DNA of 64,000 bases from Blastocatellia bacterium (lineage in GTDB: Bacteria > Acidobacteriota > Blastocatellia > UBA7656). The notes below the pieces were generated by a model. It did no database searches. It saw nothing but the letters and a program-made list of their open reading frames with translations, and was not told the origin of the DNA. Positions 59,505 to 64,000 of the stretch are shown here, one piece after another. The position numbers and the translations under genes were made by a program. How positions within the stretch are numbered: the first letter of the stretch is position 1; every line of letters begins with the position of its first letter. The stretch covers positions 2,924,477 to 2,988,476 of the forward strand of contig CAVSKO010000002.1 of NCBI GenBank assembly GCA_963728545.1, given 5' to 3'.

Positions 59505-62084
59505 TTAGCGCGAGCGGACGGCTACGACCGTGATGTCATCTTCCTGCTCGCGACCGCTGAATTGTATGACTTCGGCGACTACGTCTTCGTGCAGCGACAC
59601 AACGGTCTGGCACCGTTTCGACTGCAAGGCTTCGATCAAACGCGCTTCGCCGTACTCTTCTCCGTCATCGCTCGTAGCTTCCGTGACGCCGTCGGAAAAA
59701 GCTACGAGCGTGTCGCCGGGCTCAAGCGTGACTTCGCCCGTCTCACAGCCCCAGCGGTCAAACAATCCCAGCACCATCGCCGTCGCTTCTAACCTTTGGA
59801 CCTCGCCCGTCACGCGAACCAGCAGCGGAGGGTTGTGCCCGCAGTTGACGTAGCGCAATCTTCGGGTGTCATCCTCATAAGTGGCAAAAAACAATGTCGC
59901 GAAATGTTCGGGTGCGGTTGATTCATAAAACAGATGATTTACAGTGCACAGCAGTCTTGACAAATCTTCAATCGCCAGCGCGTACTGGCTGCGAAGGTTG
60001 GCTTGAAGGTTAGCCATTAACAGAGCGGCGCTGATTCCCTTCCCCGAAATGTCTGCCAGAACAATCGCGAGGCGGCCTGGACCGAGGTCTAGAAAATCAT
60101 AATAGTCGCCCCCGACCGCTCGCGCCTGTATGCAGCCGCCCACGTATTCGAGCGTCTCAAGCGGCGGCATCTTTTGAGGAAAGAGTTTAGTTTGAACCTG
60201 GCGGGCTATCTCCATCTCGCGAGAGGCGCGGCGCTCGGCTTCTATGCGGTCGGCCATCTGCTCGGCCAGGCGTCTGCTCTCAATCGCTATGCCGACTTGA
60301 GCGGCAACCGTGGCGAGCAGCCGCTTGTCTTCGCCCGAATATGGTTCTTCCGACATCCGCGCGCCGAGCGCAATCAATCCGACGAGCCGGCCTTCGCGCC
60401 CCATCACAGGGACCAGGCATTCGGCCTCCATCGGCGCAAGCTCGCTCAATTGCGCGCGCCCCTCATCTCCCGCAGAAACGTCCCACGGCTCGCCGCGCTC
60501 GGTGAGCCGCGCGAGCACCGAGAGTCGAGAGGAGATGGTTTCCGGCCCTTGCGCCTGTTGCCCGCCTGCTACTCGGAGGTTGTCGTCGGCGCTTTCAAGG
60601 TAGATGGTTATCGAATCGGGATGAAGCGCTTCATTCAGATGGCGCGCAAGCAGCGAAGCAAGTTCCGCGCGGTCTACGGTCGTGCGCGCCTTCGCGGCCA
60701 GGTCTTCGAGTATGTGGCGCGCGTCGTAAGCGCTTCGGAAAAAGGCGCGGTCGATCCTCTCGGTGATGCGGCGTTCGGCCTGCGCCACGAGCCAGGCCAG
60801 AAGCATTCCAAACCCCACGCCGAAGGCGATGCCTGCCGCCCGCGATTCGGAATCGGGCCGCACGAAACTAGAGAATATGTTTATGAAGAGAAAGGTCGCG
60901 CCTGCGCTCAATAAAAAGATGAACAACACGAAGCCGCGCTGGACCATCAGGTAGCGCGCGCTTCTTTTGAGCAGCACAGGAATCTCCATGACCCTGTGCT
61001 TGACCACCACGTAGGCGAACGAGGAAGGAAAAAGCAGAAAGAGTATCACCGGAAGGATGAAGGCGGGCGAAAAATAAAACCCCGCTATGAACCTCGACGC
61101 AGGCCCCCAGTAGTAGGACATCAAAACGAGCGCGCCTAACCAGCCGACGACCGACCCGGCGACCAGCACGCGCACCCTCCGTTTTTCGCCCGCGTCTTCC
61201 AGGCGGCGATAATTTACGATCAATGCCGCAAGCCCCGCGACGACGTAAAGCGGCGGCAGGTAATTCGTGGCCGATAAAAACCAGTCCAGCTCCGCCGGAA
61301 CAAGCTCGGGCCGATAGATCATCGAGTAATAATACTCGGCGCGCGAAGGCAGGCTCAGCGCCACAGGCAGCCACACCAAAAGCCATACCCAGCGCGCGTG
61401 AAACAGTCTTCGAGGAAAGATAGCAAAGAAGGTGAAAAGCAGCGGCGCGAATACTGTTGTGCTAAAAAGCGGTATCCACAAAAGCGCGCCCAAAAGCGAC
61501 GGCAGCTCTCGCCAGGTCGCGGCCATGCCGTAAGGCAATAGAAACGACATCGTCGCTACGGTTGCCAAAAACCAGCCGCCCACGCGGTTTATCAACTCAT
61601 ACGGGCGGCTGAAAGCGATTACGATTGCAAGTATCAAAGTGATGAGCTGCGCGAGCCTGACCATCAGCAAGACCATGCCTTCTCTCGAAGTCCAATCGCT
61701 CCACGAGCTTTGCATCAAGGTCAGCTCGGTTTCAAACTCGCGGCCGCCGCGCTCTATCGTGAGCGGGACCGGGCGGCCTGCTTCGAGGTTGACGCGCACT
61801 ATCGTCCAATCAGGGAGCGTTTTGATTATGCGCCCGTCAGCCGACACCACTCGGTCGCCCGGTTCGAGTCCGGCGCGCGCGGCGGGCGAATCGGGCAAGA
61901 TCATGCGCACGGTCTTCTGTTCGTTGTTGAACTCCGTCAGCATCCCCGTCATCTGCGGCCCGAGGAAATCCGAGTAGACGAGCAAAATAAAATAGGCCAG
62001 GAATGAAGCCGCGACCACGTACATCCACCAGGGCGCGCGGCGGCGTGACACAGGTTGCTCGGAAGAATGCGTATCGTCAGTCAT
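59505..62084 (-). CDS. Membrane-bound PP2C-family (SpoIIE/RsbU-like) Ser/Thr phosphatase with N-terminal PDZ, a multi-TM region and a GAF domain
   Basis: PDZ (…ILPDSPAARAGLEPGDRVVSADGRII…), about 9 TM helices, a GAF-like segment, and a PP2C_SIG domain (…GGDYYDFLDLGPGRLAIVLADISGKGISAALLMA…FSDGVTEA…). Confidence 0.8.
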   Translation of the reverse strand: MTDDTHSSEQPVSRRRAPWWMYVVAASFLAYFILLVYSDFLGPQMTGMLTEFNNEQKTVRMILPDSPAARAGLEPGDRVVSADGRIIKTLPDWTIVRVNLEAGRPVPLTIERGGREFETELTLMQSSWSDWTSREGMVLLMVRLAQLITLILAIVIAFSRPYELINRVGGWFLATVATMSFLLPYGMAATWRELPSLLGALLWIPLFSTTVFAPLLFTFFAIFPRRLFHARWVWLLVWLPVALSLPSRAEYYYSMIYRPELVPAELDWFLSATNYLPPLYVVAGLAALIVNYRRLEDAGEKRRVRVLVAGSVVGWLGALVLMSYYWGPASRFIAGFYFSPAFILPVILFLLFPSSFAYVVVKHRVMEIPVLLKRSARYLMVQRGFVLFIFLLSAGATFLFINIFSSFVRPDSESRAAGIAFGVGFGMLLAWLVAQAERRITERIDRAFFRSAYDARHILEDLAAKARTTVDRAELASLLARHLNEALHPDSITIYLESADDNLRVAGGQQAQGPETISSRLSVLARLTERGEPWDVSAGDEGRAQLSELAPMEAECLVPVMGREGRLVGLIALGARMSEEPYSGEDKRLLATVAAQVGIAIESRRLAEQMADRIEAERRASREMEIARQVQTKLFPQKMPPLETLEYVGGCIQARAVGGDYYDFLDLGPGRLAIVLADISGKGISAALLMANLQANLRSQYALAIEDLSRLLCTVNHLFYESTAPEHFATLFFATYEDDTRRLRYVNCGHNPPLLVRVTGEVQRLEATAMVLGLFDRWGCETGEVTLEPGDTLVAFSDGVTEATSDDGEEYGEARLIEALQSKRCQTVVSLHEDVVAEVIQFSGREQEDDITVVAVRSR

Positions 62085-62266
62085 AATCTGATAGCGTGGC
62101 CGGATCGTGATGCAAGTGCCAGGATACTCCTAACTCAAAAGCGGCGACAAGTCGCCGCACTCCAGAGGCGCGGTTGAACGAGAATCCAAATCGCTGTTCG
62201 TCTTGTTGAATTTCCGGTCTCTTCCCGCTTATACTTCGGCTTCTCCATAAAGATAAAGGAACCCAG

Positions 62267-62833
62267 ATGAGCCGAAACGATCTCACAAAGCGCAATCCCT
62301 GTATAGGGTTTATAGAATCAAGCTCGATTGCACGCGGCATAGAAGCAACGGACGCCATGCTGAAGATGGCCGAAGTCGAGCTGTTAATGACGGTGATCAT
62401 CCCTCGCGGCAAATACCTGATAATGATCGGCGGCGCGGTCGCGGACGTGGAATCGGCTCTGAGAGCCGGTCTGGCGTCGGCAGGCGAGACGGTGCTCGAT
62501 CATTTCATCATTCAAAACGCCCACCCGGAGCTTCCCGACGCGATCAAGGGCCGCGTGAAGGTTGACCACATAGAGGCAATCGGGATCATCGAGACTAAAG
62601 AGGTGGCTCCGGCCATTTACGCGGGCGACGCTGCGGTTAAATCGGCCAACATAACCTTGATCGAAGCGCGCAACCAGCCGGGAGGAAAAGGGCTGGTCGT
62701 GTTGACGGGCGAGGTCGGGGCCGTGCGAACAGCCGTCGCGGCGGGCGTCGCTTCGATTAAAAAGGACGGCATGTTAATCGCGCAAATAGTCATTCCTTAC
62801 GCTCACCCCGAACTCAGAAAAAGCTTGATGTGA
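62267..62833 (+). CDS. Bacterial microcompartment shell protein with two tandem BMC domains (BMC-T/PduT-like)
   Basis: Domain 1 is LGFIESSSIARGIEATDAMLKMAEVELL…IIPRGKYLIMIGGAVADVESALRAGLASAG…IIQNAHPELPDAI. Domain 2 is IGIIETKEVAPAIYAGDAAVKSANITLIEARNQPGGKGLVVLTGEVGAVRTAVAAGVASIKKDGMLIAQIVIPYAHPELRKSL. Both match the PF00936 consensus (…IETxGxxAAIEAADAMVKAANV…GLVTVIVRGDVGAVKAAV…VIPRPH…). An SD AAAGGA precedes the ATG. Confidence 0.8.
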   Translation: MSRNDLTKRNPCIGFIESSSIARGIEATDAMLKMAEVELLMTVIIPRGKYLIMIGGAVADVESALRAGLASAGETVLDHFIIQNAHPELPDAIKGRVKVDHIEAIGIIETKEVAPAIYAGDAAVKSANITLIEARNQPGGKGLVVLTGEVGAVRTAVAAGVASIKKDGMLIAQIVIPYAHPELRKSLM

Positions 62834-62836
62834 CGG

Positions 62837-63991
62837 TCAAGGCTTTATGGCCGCTTCGATCAGCTCTATGCGCTCGCGCGGGGTCTCGCCGTCGCGCACG
62901 GATTTTTCGATCTTCTCCAGGGTGTCAAACCCGTCTACGACTTTGCCGAAGACCGTGTATTTGCGGTCGAGGTGGGGGGCCGGGCCGAGCACTATAAAAA
63001 AAGAGGTGCTGGCCGAATCCGGGTCATCAGCCCTGGCCATCGAAAGCACGCCGCGCGTATGCTCGATTTTGCTGAACTCGCCTTTGAGATTGCCCACCCA
63101 GCGGTCCGCCGTGTGCCCGACGCCGCCCGCTCGCGTAAAGCCCATGCCGCCCTGCACGACGAACCCCGGTATGAGCCTGTGAAAAGCCGTGTGATCGTAC
63201 CAGCCCGTCTGTACCAGCTTTAAGAAATTGCGCACATGCTCGGGCGCAAGGTCGGGAGCCATCTCTACAGTCATATCGCCGAGGCTGGTTCTGAGCAGCA
63301 CATCTTTTCTGAGCTGATCGAGGGTGGCGTCCTTAAACGGCTCGACTTTCGCGGGCTCGATTTTGACCGAGATGATCTTGATAGGCGTTACGATCCTCTG
63401 TTGGTCGTCGGCTTGCGCGAGCGAAATCTTGTCTACGACCTCCATGCCTTCCGTGACCTGGCCGAAGGCCGAGAACTGCCCGTCGAGTTGTGGCTGCGGC
63501 GAAGCGCAGATAAAAAATTGTGCGCCTCCGCTATCGGCCTTTCCCGGTATGCGGACAGTGGAGACGGTCCCGCGCTCGTGCGGGATGTCTGAAAACTCGT
63601 CCTTGATCTGGCTCAAGGCTCCCGAGCCCCATCGGTCGCGCGGCGTTTTGGGGTCTTTCAAAAGCGGGTCGCCGCCTTGAACTACCCCGCGAGGGATCAC
63701 GCGATGAAAGGCGGAGCCGTCGTAAAATCCGGCCCTCGCGAGCTTGATGAATTGTTGCGTGTGGCGGAGCGCCTTGTCGGGGAAAAACTCGAAGCGTATA
63801 ACGCCAAAATCGGTTGTGATGACTGCTTCAAGCTTCGCCGCTTCTTCTACTGTAACGGGCGCGGCCTCTGTCGTCTGCGATTTCTTCTTCTGCGCAATAG
63901 ATTGCTGCCACACGCCCGGCGCTAGAAGAAAAAGAACTAACCAGATTATAAGAATTCTTTTTCGGCCAACTCCCTCGCTAAATATAACCAT
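62837..63991 (-). CDS. Secreted peptidyl-prolyl cis-trans isomerase with two cyclophilin-type domains
   Basis: Signal peptide. Two cyclophilin cores (…FHRVIPRGVVQGGDP… and …FHRLIPGFVVQGGMG…) with …GKVVDGFDTLEKIE…. Confidence 0.85.
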   Translation of the reverse strand: MVIFSEGVGRKRILIIWLVLFLLAPGVWQQSIAQKKKSQTTEAAPVTVEEAAKLEAVITTDFGVIRFEFFPDKALRHTQQFIKLARAGFYDGSAFHRVIPRGVVQGGDPLLKDPKTPRDRWGSGALSQIKDEFSDIPHERGTVSTVRIPGKADSGGAQFFICASPQPQLDGQFSAFGQVTEGMEVVDKISLAQADDQQRIVTPIKIISVKIEPAKVEPFKDATLDQLRKDVLLRTSLGDMTVEMAPDLAPEHVRNFLKLVQTGWYDHTAFHRLIPGFVVQGGMGFTRAGGVGHTADRWVGNLKGEFSKIEHTRGVLSMARADDPDSASTSFFIVLGPAPHLDRKYTVFGKVVDGFDTLEKIEKSVRDGETPRERIELIEAAIKP

Positions 63992-64000
63992 TTGATGCTC

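Noticed and set aside
1-64000. A search for a CRISPR array, tRNA/rRNA genes or an integrase-bounded island.
   Set aside because: I saw no short direct repeats with spacers at regular periodicity. The repeats present are long palindromes or MITEs, not CRISPR. I recognised no cloverleaf-like tRNA structures in the intergenic regions and saw no integrase or recombinase ORF.

Overview
This is a high-GC (about 58-62%) chromosomal segment from a soil-type bacterium. The gene content looks Acidobacteria-like: a MacB periplasmic-core-domain/ADOP-type permease fragment, a GH57 branching enzyme next to a DUF4912 protein, giant FG-GAP/beta-helix surface proteins, and many TPR, serine/threonine-kinase and phosphatase signalling proteins. 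Housekeeping genes (rpsT, lptE-holA, tmk, hfq, queC, a UbiB/ABC1 kinase, cyclophilin) are interspersed with accessory material. I see no rRNA, tRNA or CRISPR array.

The most notable items:
1. A family-1 encapsulin shell gene, very close to Myxococcus xanthus EncA, sits directly after lptE-holA with a strong ribosome-binding site of its own. No cargo gene is adjacent.
2. About 52 kb away there is an orphan gene encoding a tandem bacterial-microcompartment (BMC-T-like) shell protein. The window therefore carries shell genes for two unrelated protein-compartment systems, neither with cargo or partner genes.
3. A lower-GC, 521-aa P-loop NTPase lies alone between the lptE-holA-encapsulin operon and a tyrosine phosphatase gene. 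It may be a horizontally acquired defence-type ATPase.
4. There are three families of palindromic, MITE-like repeats. Family B has about 30-bp terminal inverted repeats in four copies, and one copy was hit by an IS5/IS1182-type insertion sequence with 17-bp inverted repeats and a 5-bp TACAG target duplication. Family A is a roughly 140-160-bp near-perfect hairpin in three copies. Family C has 'attagccggtggtg' termini in two copies.
5. A hybrid sensor histidine kinase is broken into three ORFs. A 68-bp insertion/duplication and a separate 1-nt frameshift account for the breaks.
6. A MacB periplasmic-core-domain fragment ends exactly where a family A repeat begins.
7. Candidate TetR operator palindromes (CTTAAC-N3-GTTAAG) flank a tetR gene upstream of a MacAB-like efflux operon.

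All calls below come from reading the sequence and recalling family motifs. I ran no database searches.
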